From: Bdellovibrionales bacterium
GTDB taxonomy: Bacteria > Bdellovibrionota > Bdellovibrionia > Bdellovibrionales > JAMPXM01
Direction: 5' to 3'
Length of the DNA stretch: 29,926 nt
NCBI GenBank assembly: GCA_043784965.1
Contig: JAYVXS010000296.1
Span: 1-29,926 of the forward strand
The notes beneath the pieces are model-generated. The model worked only from the letters and a program-made list of their open reading frames with translations, had not been told where the DNA came from and did not search any database. A program made the translations under genes and the position numbers. Shown piece by piece: positions 1-7,395 of this stretch. Every line of letters starts with the position of its first letter. Within the stretch, counting starts at the first letter, position 1.

Positions 1-338
1 TTAAGAACGGTGTCAGCTAAATTCATTCCATTTTGAAAAATTTGCTTCTGCTGGGCTTTGTCCGTGCTGTTATCGCCGATAAAGTAATTTGCTTTCAAAA
101 CACCGAGGTTAAATCTTGCAACAGCCTCTTGGTTAATGGTCATTTTTGAAAGCTGGCTGAATTTGTCCATAGCCGCCGCAGCATGCGCGACTCCTTGAGG
201 GCTATAGTCACGCATTGCATATTCAGCATCGGCTTGAGCTTTCAATTTGTCGATTTCTGGGGCCTCGGCATAGGCCTGGCTTGAAAACACAATTAATACT
301 AAAGATGTAGAAAACAGTGCAGTTAGAATTCGGTTCAC
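1..338 (-). CDS. Secreted protein of unknown function, 5' portion only (gene continues past the left edge). GTG start at 338-336 with a GGAGG Shine-Dalgarno 4 nt upstream.
   Basis: I translated the minus strand by hand: MNRILTALFSTSLVLIVFSSQAYAEAPEIDKLKAQADAEYAMRDYSPQGVAHAAAAMDKFSQLSKM... The frame is open to position 1. It has a typical signal peptide and an AYA-EA cleavage site. It is not in the ORF track because it has no stop inside the window. Confidence 0.5.
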   Translation of the reverse strand, partial: MNRILTALFSTSLVLIVFSSQAYAEAPEIDKLKAQADAEYAMRDYSPQGVAHAAAAMDKFSQLSKMTINQEAVARFNLGVLKANYFIGDNSTDKAQQKQIFQNGMNLADTVL

Positions 339-758
339 GGGGCCTCCAATATTATTTTTTCAAAATTGATTTTAGGAAATGGATTATATCAAAAAGATCT
401 GTGCGTCACAATAGCCGTGACACGACAGTAAAATTTATTCTATTGAGGGTGACAATTTTTGACCGACTTTGATAGTGAATGAAATGAATGGAGTCTGACC
501 TCCGGCTAGTGCGAGCAAGGAGAGGGCCAAAATTCGTGCGGGTAAATGTCATGCCGAATACAGGCGTTTCGTAGCCTGCGGAAGTGTTCAAAGTCTTTTG
601 AAAAATTTGCTTGCAAATTTTGGTTAACTTGGCAGAAGTGCATTTCGCACGCTAAGCTTCCGCCATTTGGCGAGTCGATGAATTGGGGGCTTGGCGGACG
701 CGGGTCGAGCTTTTTGAGAAAGTATATAAACTCAATATCAAGAATCGCAATCGCGAAG

Positions 759-764
759 TATAAT
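759..764 (+). promoter_or_regulatory. Perfect TATAAT -10 hexamer 7 nt upstream of the ATG at 772. This would make the phosphatase mRNA leaderless or nearly so. No convincing -35 element.
   Basis: Direct reading of the sequence: gaagTATAATaaagccaATGgca. Confidence 0.2.
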
Positions 765-771
765 AAAGCCA

Positions 772-1824
772 ATGGCAGTGCAAATTGATAAAAAAAGTTG
801 GATTGACAGAACCTATGCGATTGGTGACGTTCACGGATGCGCGGCGGAACTTGAAGCACTGATTAAGACACTTAAAGTTGATAGCGACACCTTAGTTGTT
901 TTTCTCGGAGACTATGTGGATCGAGGAGTCGATTCGCGAGGCGTGATTGATATTATCATGGCGCTTAACAAGCGATGTAAAGTCGTCGCCTTGATGGGTA
1001 ATCATGAGGCGATGTTTCTTGATTTTTTAGAACGTCCTGAAAGTATTGGATCGGGCCTATTTATGTTAAATGGCGGCAGCACCACATTGGCCAACTATGC
1101 CGGCCCGGGGGGGACATTCGATATCCCTCAAGAGCATTTGGAATTTCTAAAAAGTCTTCGTCTCTTTCATGAAACTGAAACGCACTTTTTTGTTCATGCC
1201 GGTGTGCCATTAAAAAAGAATTTACGAGATCTCGATCCGCTCATAGATCGAGAGACATTTCTCTGGACGCGCGGTCCATTTTTAACGACCAACGAATGTT
1301 GGGAAAAGATTATTGTTCACGGTCACACACCCAGTGAGGCGCCAGAAAGACTGGCCAACCGAATCAATGTTGATACGGGTTGCGTATTTGGTGGGGCACT
1401 GACCGCATATGATGTAAATGAAGATCGCTTCATCTCGGTTGAGCGAATCCCACTTCATCAAGTTTCGCTACCAGTTCTCTCTGATGATTCTAAGCGCATT
1501 GCGGTTCGTTTTAAAGGCCGTATGCCGGTGAGTGCGGCGAAGCCTGGCCTTAAGCGAGAGGCATTCGAAACATTGAACTACAATCAATTCGGTCTATTAT
1601 TGAAAGAAGCTCGACCAAGCTCGGCCCCGTCATTTGAAAATGGCGACGTGATCGAAGGAACGATCGGTGACGACCATCGAACCTCAGTTGATTTCGAAGG
1701 TCAAATCGTCAGGGTCGATTATCGCCAGGGTATAGCACTGTATGGTGTTCAGCTAAACAAAGTCTCTGTTGACCGAGGGCTAATCGGAACGGGTTCGGCT
1801 AGCTGGCTCATCCGTCCAGACTGA
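772..1824 (+). CDS. PPP-family serine/threonine protein phosphatase (calcineurin-like metallophosphoesterase, PrpE/ApaH-like). Carries a ~120-aa C-terminal extension of unknown function.
   Basis: Canonical metallophosphoesterase motifs are present in order: GDVHG, GDYVDRG, GNHE, then a later HGHT. The catalytic domain covers roughly residues 1-230. Residues 230-350 have no motif I recognise. Confidence 0.85.
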   Translation: MAVQIDKKSWIDRTYAIGDVHGCAAELEALIKTLKVDSDTLVVFLGDYVDRGVDSRGVIDIIMALNKRCKVVALMGNHEAMFLDFLERPESIGSGLFMLNGGSTTLANYAGPGGTFDIPQEHLEFLKSLRLFHETETHFFVHAGVPLKKNLRDLDPLIDRETFLWTRGPFLTTNECWEKIIVHGHTPSEAPERLANRINVDTGCVFGGALTAYDVNEDRFISVERIPLHQVSLPVLSDDSKRIAVRFKGRMPVSAAKPGLKREAFETLNYNQFGLLLKEARPSSAPSFENGDVIEGTIGDDHRTSVDFEGQIVRVDYRQGIALYGVQLNKVSVDRGLIGTGSASWLIRPD

Positions 1825-1881
1825 AGTAACTTTTTGCCTGCCGTTGGATCGAAATTTTCTTTCCACTTAAAAATTCGATAG

Positions 1882-2316
1882 TCAGAAGGCCGGTAAAAAA
1901 ATGCATCCAATAACCCAAATCCTCGACGTATAAATGCAGACCGATAGGGGCAGCAAGAAAAAGCACAATAAATTTAAGTAAAAATGCAAACGAAAATAGT
2001 GCGGAAATTGGAAGTCTAGAAAACCATAGGGTCGATTTATACGCGAAGAATAAAAGTTGGTGTCTAAATCGATGGCAACACTATGATCGATTCTGTAGCC
2101 ATACTTGACCGAATAGAAAATTCTGTTGAGCTCAACTGGACTTTTTGGAAATACGACAACTTTGGTTTCTTTGTAAATGTGATTTTTAAAAGTCAAAAAG
2201 CTGAAATGGACAAGAAAGCTTAAGCCACCAAGGCCGATCCAAGTGAGTAATTCTTTTAAGTTGCTAAATGCTGAGCGCATATTTTTGTAGGTTATATACT
2301 GGCCCAAAGGAGGCAA
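1882..2316 (-). CDS. Hypothetical membrane protein. The real start may be the internal Met (MRSAFSNLKELL...).
   Basis: The ORF fills the gap between two convergent genes. It has an N-terminal hydrophobic helix (LLTWIGLGGLSFLVHFSFLTF) and a C-terminal hydrophobic segment. No recognisable motif. Confidence 0.3.
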   Translation of the reverse strand: MPPLGQYITYKNMRSAFSNLKELLTWIGLGGLSFLVHFSFLTFKNHIYKETKVVVFPKSPVELNRIFYSVKYGYRIDHSVAIDLDTNFYSSRINRPYGFLDFQFPHYFRLHFYLNLLCFFLLPLSVCIYTSRIWVIGCIFLPAF

Positions 2317-2337
2317 GGTTTTTATTTTGATATAGAA

Positions 2338-2925
2338 TTAGAACACTCGGTTAGTTATTCGACTCTTGGCTTGAACGCTGCGTAAGCGTCGTACAAGAAG
2401 GGGAACACCCATCATCAAAGCAAAAATGATCATGGTCGTCCAGGTGCCATCTCCCAGATAGTTATTGAGCCAAATAGTCGAAATCATAATCACACCGAAG
2501 TAGATCATATCTCCAGCAATTGCGATGATCCAACCAGCAAGAAATCCATGTCCAGCAGCAACCGCGACTGTTCGTCCGGTCATAGGATCAATACCAAAAG
2601 AAATCATGATCAAGGCAAAAGGTCCCAATTTATTTCCATAAAGTGCAGTTGTTTTTTGGATACTTTCTTTAAGGGCGGCCCCAAGGCGCGAAAAAAATGG
2701 GACCTTCTTTCCGACGGCAATCAAAAAAAATAAAATGGGTTCAAATAAACAGGCCAAAATTATATCGGAAATAAGATACAGAACTGTGGTGATTTCCCAG
2801 GGCAGGGCATGGCTACGAGCCAATAAGACGCCTGCGGGAATGCCGCCCCCTATAGGAATGAGAAAAAGTACCAAGACCTTCCAGAAATGGGAAAGCGTAT
2901 CAATAGAAGGCATTGCTAAAGGCAT
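2338..2925 (-). CDS. Polytopic inner-membrane protein, possibly of the small putative multidrug export family (COG2426-like).
   Basis: About 5 hydrophobic helices. The GIPAGVLLA and GIDPMTGRTVAVAAGHGFLAGW glycine-rich motifs resemble that family as I remember it. The family assignment is from memory only. Confidence 0.45.
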   Translation of the reverse strand: MPLAMPSIDTLSHFWKVLVLFLIPIGGGIPAGVLLARSHALPWEITTVLYLISDIILACLFEPILFFLIAVGKKVPFFSRLGAALKESIQKTTALYGNKLGPFALIMISFGIDPMTGRTVAVAAGHGFLAGWIIAIAGDMIYFGVIMISTIWLNNYLGDGTWTTMIIFALMMGVPLLVRRLRSVQAKSRITNRVF

Positions 2926-3024
2926 GCAAAATCCTGTTTGTTGTGACGACTAACGAAAGCTAAGCGGCGACGCTGGCGGGCCCATAATCTTACAATATTC
3001 TGTTTATAGCAAATGAAGTATTAC

Positions 3025-3040
3025 GTCAGCTGACTTGACA
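3025..3040 (+). promoter_or_regulatory. Candidate promoter -35 box (TTGACA at 3035-3040) directly abutted by a perfect 10-bp palindrome GTCAGCTGAC (3025-3034). Lies upstream of the DUF2132 gene. The -10 is unclear (TTCGAT / GATATT).
   Basis: Read directly from the sequence. Confidence 0.2.
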
Positions 3041-3105
3041 AGATTATGCTACTAGATTTCGATATTCAATATCACCGTCTTGAATAGTGTCGGAGAGGAA
3101 CTGTT

Positions 3106-3354
3106 TTGGAAAAGAAACCAGCAAAAAAACCACTTGAGGGCGTGACGCTCGAAATGATGGTAACGTCTTTGATTGAAAATTACGGTTGGCTGCGACTTGG
3201 TGAAAAAATTAAAATTAAATGCTTCACAGAAAATCCGAGCTTGAAATCGAGTTTAACGTTCTTACGAAAAACACCCTGGGCAAGAACCAAGGTTGAACAA
3301 CTCTATTTGTGGCGATCTGAGACGAATTGGGACCCACGGGATAATGCAAAATAG
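3106..3354 (+). CDS. Small conserved protein of the DUF2132 / VF530 family. Probable non-ATG (TTG) start.
   Basis: PLEGVTLEMMVTSLIENYGWLRLGEKIKIKCFTENPSLKSSLTFLRKTPWARTKVEQLYL matches the conserved core of this family as I remember it: GVTLE..V..L...YGW..L...I.I.CF...PS.KSSL.FLRKTPWAR.KVE.LY. Confidence 0.55.
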   Translation: MEKKPAKKPLEGVTLEMMVTSLIENYGWLRLGEKIKIKCFTENPSLKSSLTFLRKTPWARTKVEQLYLWRSETNWDPRDNAK

Positions 3355-3410
3355 CGCCCATTGGATTGCTTGCTCAGCGATTTCACGACGAAACTGATGA
3401 AATATCCGGG

Positions 3411-4199
3411 CTAGGGATACGAAGCAACTGGAAACCAACAAGTTGGACGCGCCATTCGCAAAGCACCATGTACTAAAGTATCCAAGCGACATTGTGGGTT
3501 GGGATAGAAATCAATGTCATTGCTAAGCCTTGTTGCCGGTATAGAATCAAATTTTTCAAATTGTGAGGGCGCTAAAAGATGAAAAACTACTCGCTGATAT
3601 TCAATATAGCCCTTCATTGCTTCAAAGCTCCTTCGGCAATTATTTACCGCCTCCAAACCATCCAAATCTAGGGCTGCCAAACCAGAGCAACGACCTTGAT
3701 CAGGCGCACTGAGCACAAGCTTTTCAGGATGTAGCTTTTGCCAAATTTTAGGGGCACAATCTAGAGTTGAAAAATAGTCGGCTTGCGCCTCAGTAGAAGA
3801 CTCATGATCTACAAATCCATTTTTACTTTTAAAAGGAGCGCCACCAATCCCATGTCCAAGTTCGTGGCAGAGTATGAGCACCGCTGTATCTTGAGTGACA
3901 CCTTTGATTTTAAGAAGTCCACCCATGATCGTGAGAATATGAACCACTACTTCATTACGAGTATCCTGCACATAAGAGGCACTTTGAATCGGGCTTTCAA
4001 ACCAATCAAAATTTTTAATGGGCAGGGGTTCATTAATAACAAGGTCTTGAGCGTGTTTTTGCAAGCTGGCTTTGAATGCTTGATCAAACGCAAGAGCGAT
4101 TTCATCAAGTTCGGTCCTGGATACTTGGGCATAAGAAGTGGAAAATGAAGTTAAAACAATCTCAATGATGAGAATAAAATGAACGATTAGAAGTTTCAT
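3411..4199 (-). CDS. Secreted zinc metallopeptidase with an HExxH active site.
   Basis: N-terminal signal peptide MKLLIVHFILIIEIVLTSFSTSYA-Q. HELGH zinc-binding motif with a downstream Glu-rich segment (ESSTEAQADY) that could supply the third ligand, i.e. gluzincin-like. Confidence 0.75.
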   Translation of the reverse strand: MKLLIVHFILIIEIVLTSFSTSYAQVSRTELDEIALAFDQAFKASLQKHAQDLVINEPLPIKNFDWFESPIQSASYVQDTRNEVVVHILTIMGGLLKIKGVTQDTAVLILCHELGHGIGGAPFKSKNGFVDHESSTEAQADYFSTLDCAPKIWQKLHPEKLVLSAPDQGRCSGLAALDLDGLEAVNNCRRSFEAMKGYIEYQRVVFHLLAPSQFEKFDSIPATRLSNDIDFYPNPQCRLDTLVHGALRMARPTCWFPVASYP

Positions 4200-4384
4200 T
4201 GATCGAATCTAACAGAGTTCGCCGATTTTTTCAAGTTAGGGAGAAGTATTAAGACAAGCTAACCAAGTCAATGCTGAAAAAAATCCATGCGAAATGCCAA
4301 GATTTGTCATCGCCACTCCGCCTTCGATTATGCTTTGGCCCTATTTTCTTTTAGTTAATGGTCTAGTTACGTAGTGCAGTTTAG

Positions 4385-4468
4385 CGGCAGTTTCGGGGCA
4401 GCTGCAACGGATCTCGGTTTTTCGGTTTCGGTCCTAATAGCGGTTTAACTGTCTCACCGCCCCTGCAG
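4385..4468 (-). other. Copy A of a conserved bipartite upstream element, roughly 190-270 bp upstream of the HExxH protease gene. Read on the minus strand it is CAGGGGCGGTGAGACAGTTAAAC ... GGACCGAAACCGA ... GCAGCTGCCCCGAAAC.
   Basis: On the plus strand, gtttcggggcagctgc sits at 4392-4407, tcggtttcggtcc at 4422-4434 and gtttaactgtctcaccgcccctg at 4443-4465. The same blocks recur at 26567-26652, and a partial copy at 20020-20046. Confidence 0.5.
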
Positions 4469-4528
4469 GGACTGACGGTAAAGCAGAGGTTGCAATTGGC
4501 TATGCTGAACTAATCCCAAAAATAAGGA

Positions 4529-5021
4529 CTATTTTAGCGATGCTTTTAATTCTTCGACCGAAACCTTGCACGAGCTAGGAGCAAGGAACCGAGACATGAA
4601 ATCTTCCATATTCATTGAGGCGGCGTTAAGTCCATTTGTACCGCTTATTATTATTTCTGGCGAGTCGATTCCTTGAAAAGCAGAAACAGCTACATAAAAT
4701 TCTTTTGGATAGAAATTTGGTGAATCAAAGTAGTGCAGAAGATGCGTGAGGCCAATGCCTCCAGGCAGCGCCCCAAAAAACCACAAAATCCCAATGGTGA
4801 GAGCGATCTCTGCGCCAAGTGCGGCAAAGACTCCGATCGAGAGCCCGCTCAATACAAAAATTTGTAGCACAGCATTCTTTCTGAGTACTCCAAACTCTTG
4901 TATATGCAAAAAAAATCGGCCGAGCAGATGTCTCAAATGCTAACACATCACCTGATTGATAAAGTGACATAAGTTCCTCGTCTGAATGCTTATTTTTCAA
5001 GTCGTTCAGTTTTTCGTTCAT
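4529..5021 (-). pseudogene. Membrane-protein gene split into two overlapping frames at an A8/T8 homopolymer (4908-4915). Either a phase-variable (OFF) contingency gene or a homopolymer sequencing error. The first 30 residues resemble a sigma-70/ECF region-2 start.
   Basis: The frame beginning at the ATG at 5021 gives MNEKLNDLKNKHSDEELMSLYQSGDVLAFETSARPIFF and then degenerates into Cys/Trp/Arg-rich junk. The second frame opens only at a TTG directly after a stop (4936). From the poly-T run onward it encodes a clean two-TM protein ...LHIQEFGVLRKNAVLQIFVLSGLSIGVFAALGAEIALTIGILWFFGALPGGIGL... ending at 4529. Removing one T from the run would fuse the two. Confidence 0.35.
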
Positions 5022-5054
5022 TCACCGACATTCACCGACATTCACCGACATTCA
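5017..5054. repeat. 10-bp direct tandem repeat (unit ttcaccgaca / cattcaccga), about 3.8 copies. It overlaps the ATG of the gene above and lies in the divergent intergenic region shared with the efflux operon.
   Basis: Sequence reads ttca ttcaccgaca ttcaccgaca ttcaccgaca ttca. The 10-bp spacing is one helical turn. Confidence 0.8.
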
Positions 5055-5209
5055 TAAAGATTAATACGTTGACTACGCCTCAATTGTGACAAAGATATCC
5101 TAATATGTCCAAAACTCTTGTCCTTTCAAGATGATAAATATTTTGTTGCATGGCCCATATCAAAGCCCGTAACAAGACTTGTCACAAAACTTAGGAGCAA
5201 TACGTAGTT

Positions 5210-6406
5210 ATGTGTATGAAACGAATATTCTACTATATGTCCGTGATGGTTTTACTCGTTGGTCAGCCGGCTATAGCTGCGGATGAGGAAGAATATAATC
5301 TTGAAAAATTCTTAAGCGAAACTCGACTTCAGAATTTAAGCCTCAAAGTAGAAGCTGCTGCCTCCCTTGCCACTAGTGAAGCCGCGGCTGGATACACTTT
5401 GCCTGCACCTATGCTGGGGATAACTCAAATTCAGGACCAAAGTGGCCGTACCAATGGCTTTGAAATAAACCAGACCATCCCTTTTCCAACAAAGCTTAGC
5501 AGTGAGCACAATTCAAGAAAACTAGAAGCTCGCACTAAAGGCGCTATGCTAAATAGCCGTGAGCGTGAGCTCCTAGCTGAAGCAAAGCTACTTTATTTTA
5601 ATATCTGGCGGGCTCAAGAGCGCATACGATTGCTCCAAGAAAAAAAGAGTGCAATCCAACAACATCTCAAACTTGCTCGTGCGACATCCAGATCTGATAG
5701 TTTTTTAAAAATTCATCTGATTAAAGTCGAAAGTGATCTTGACCTGCTTGAAAATGAAATCATTCAAGCTGAACAAGAGCGCCGCGAAAAACAAATTCTA
5801 GCCGCTGAATTTTTGAATCGCAATCCAAAGGAGTTTCGTCCAATCGCCAAAGCACTCGCTGTCTCAACAATACCGCTCGCGAAATCCATGCAAAATACGA
5901 CACAAATTGAGGTGAAGAAACTCGAACTTGAAACGCTTAAATCACGCGAACAAGAAGCGCAGGCTTCATGGATACCTGATTTTAATTTGCGCTATAGAAT
6001 GATGAGTAGCACTCAGTCTGAGATTATGCTCGGAGCAACGCTACCTTTTGCTTTTTTTTGGCAGCCGAGATCAGTAGCTGGCAAGGCCAGCGCCGAACGC
6101 CTTAAGGGTGAAATTCTTTTGGAGAAAGAGAATCAACAAATTGCCTCTCGCCTAGAGACACTTTCTGCAAGATCAGTTTCTTTAAAAAAGCAGCTCGATC
6201 AATTCGCAGATCGACTGCTGCCAAGCGCTGAAAATCGAATGCGCAGGATTCATAATCTGGCCCCAAGAGATCTCGAAACTCTGCAAGATCATAGAGACGC
6301 TATGGAAGCCTTGCCGGAGTTGAAACTAAAAGCTCTCGAAGTGCGCAGACAATATGAAGAGACCATTAGCGAATTAGAGAAATTCACCTCAGGAGACGTA
6401 AAGTGA
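5210..6406 (+). CDS. cusC: Outer-membrane efflux factor (TolC-like, CusC/CzcC family). First gene of a heavy-metal RND efflux operon.
   Basis: Signal peptide MKRIFYYMSVMVLLVGQPAIA. Coiled-coil-rich OMF-like sequence. It sits directly upstream of the MFP and RND genes, and its stop overlaps the start of the next gene (GTGA). Confidence 0.75.
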   Translation: MCMKRIFYYMSVMVLLVGQPAIAADEEEYNLEKFLSETRLQNLSLKVEAAASLATSEAAAGYTLPAPMLGITQIQDQSGRTNGFEINQTIPFPTKLSSEHNSRKLEARTKGAMLNSRERELLAEAKLLYFNIWRAQERIRLLQEKKSAIQQHLKLARATSRSDSFLKIHLIKVESDLDLLENEIIQAEQERREKQILAAEFLNRNPKEFRPIAKALAVSTIPLAKSMQNTTQIEVKKLELETLKSREQEAQASWIPDFNLRYRMMSSTQSEIMLGATLPFAFFWQPRSVAGKASAERLKGEILLEKENQQIASRLETLSARSVSLKKQLDQFADRLLPSAENRMRRIHNLAPRDLETLQDHRDAMEALPELKLKALEVRRQYEETISELEKFTSGDVK

Positions 6407-7395
6407 ATGACAACATAAACGACCAAGTAACTGGCAAGGCAACTGGCAAGGCAACTGGCAAAATGCCCGGAGACTTACCAAACAAACAAGCAGATAAACC
6501 AGCAGATAAACAAGCAGATAAACCAGCCAGTAAATCTAAAAGAAAATTGTGGCTCACCTCTATTGCTGTTGTCATTGCTTTTTCATATTGGATTGGCATG
6601 CGCTTAAGCAAAAAAGAGCAGGCCAAAAGCCAGGTAACAGCTCAACAAATCGAAACGCTAAGTTACTGGACATGTCCCATGCATCCACAAATTCATTCCG
6701 ACAAGGCCGGAGAATGCCCCATCTGCCACATGAAGCTCGTCCAGATTAATGGGGTCGAAGCGCATTCCACACAGCTTAAAGAAGATGAACAGCGATCTGT
6801 GGTTGTCGCATCACCCTACCAAAGGCAGCTTCTTGGAATTCAAAAAGTACAAGCTGAAAAGATGGACCTGACCGCCCGTATCTCAATTTCAGGACATCTC
6901 ACTTCGGCAACAAGCATTGCCTTTCAATTGTACGAAGGTGATCTTCGCTATATCCGACCAGGCCTGAACTTTCGCGGCGAAAGCAGTTTTGCTCCAGAAA
7001 CTGAAATTCTCGGACAGATCACCTCTATCGACAGTATTGTCGATCCCACGAGTCGCACCATTCGCGTTGTCGGGCAAATAAAAAAAGGACCACATGGCTT
7101 AATTTCAGAGACCACTTTTCGTGGTGAAATTGAAATCCAGCTCAAAGGTGTTATCGCAATACCTGAAAGCTCGGTTCTACACACCGGCAGTGGCAGTCTC
7201 GTTTATGTAGTGCATGATGACGGCACGATGATGGCCCATAAAGTGAAGCTGGGTCAAAAGGCAGAAAGCTATTACGAAGTTGTCGATGGCCTTACTGCCG
7301 GGCAAATGATTAGCTCTGGTCCAAATTTTTTAATCGACTCAGAGGCCAAGATCCGCGGTTCAAGTGGAGGCGCCAGTGGTCACGCGAATCATTGA
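6403..7395 (+). CDS. cusB: Membrane fusion protein of a Cu/Ag-type RND efflux system (CusB-like). Has an N-terminal CxxC...CPxCxM metal-binding domain and low-complexity tandem peptide repeats.
   Basis: YWTCPMHPQIHSDKAGECPICHMKL matches the CPMHP heavy-metal-binding domain found at the N-terminus of CusB-like proteins. A single TM helix is followed by the beta-barrel/lipoyl-like MFP region. GTG start at 6403 with an AGGAGA Shine-Dalgarno. Confidence 0.8.
   Translation: MNDNINDQVTGKATGKATGKMPGDLPNKQADKPADKQADKPASKSKRKLWLTSIAVVIAFSYWIGMRLSKKEQAKSQVTAQQIETLSYWTCPMHPQIHSDKAGECPICHMKLVQINGVEAHSTQLKEDEQRSVVVASPYQRQLLGIQKVQAEKMDLTARISISGHLTSATSIAFQLYEGDLRYIRPGLNFRGESSFAPETEILGQITSIDSIVDPTSRTIRVVGQIKKGPHGLISETTFRGEIEIQLKGVIAIPESSVLHTGSGSLVYVVHDDGTMMAHKVKLGQKAESYYEVVDGLTAGQMISSGPNFLIDSEAKIRGSSGGASGHANH

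Noticed and set aside
406-859. Three overlapping ORFs (406..591 -, 506..859 -, 546..788 +) in the 430-bp region between the divergent secreted-protein and phosphatase genes.
   Set aside because: They are mutually overlapping and have no motifs, no RBS and an odd composition. Most likely this is a divergent promoter region rather than coding sequence.
4725-5021. Calling this ORF an ECF sigma factor gene.
   Set aside because: Only the first ~30 residues resemble sigma region 2.1. No region 2.2-2.4 or region 4 is recognisable in any frame downstream. The in-phase continuation after the homopolymer is a two-TM membrane protein instead.
5017-6540. Short tandem repeats (10-bp x3.8; 12-bp x3) as a possible CRISPR array.
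   Set aside because: The units are far too short and there are no unique spacers or cas genes. These are simple tandem repeats.
6384-6626. 80-aa minus-strand ORF antisense to the cusB repeat region.
   Set aside because: It is generated by the low-complexity tandem repeats (LSACLSAGLSACL / LPVALPVALPV) and lies wholly inside a well-supported gene on the other strand.
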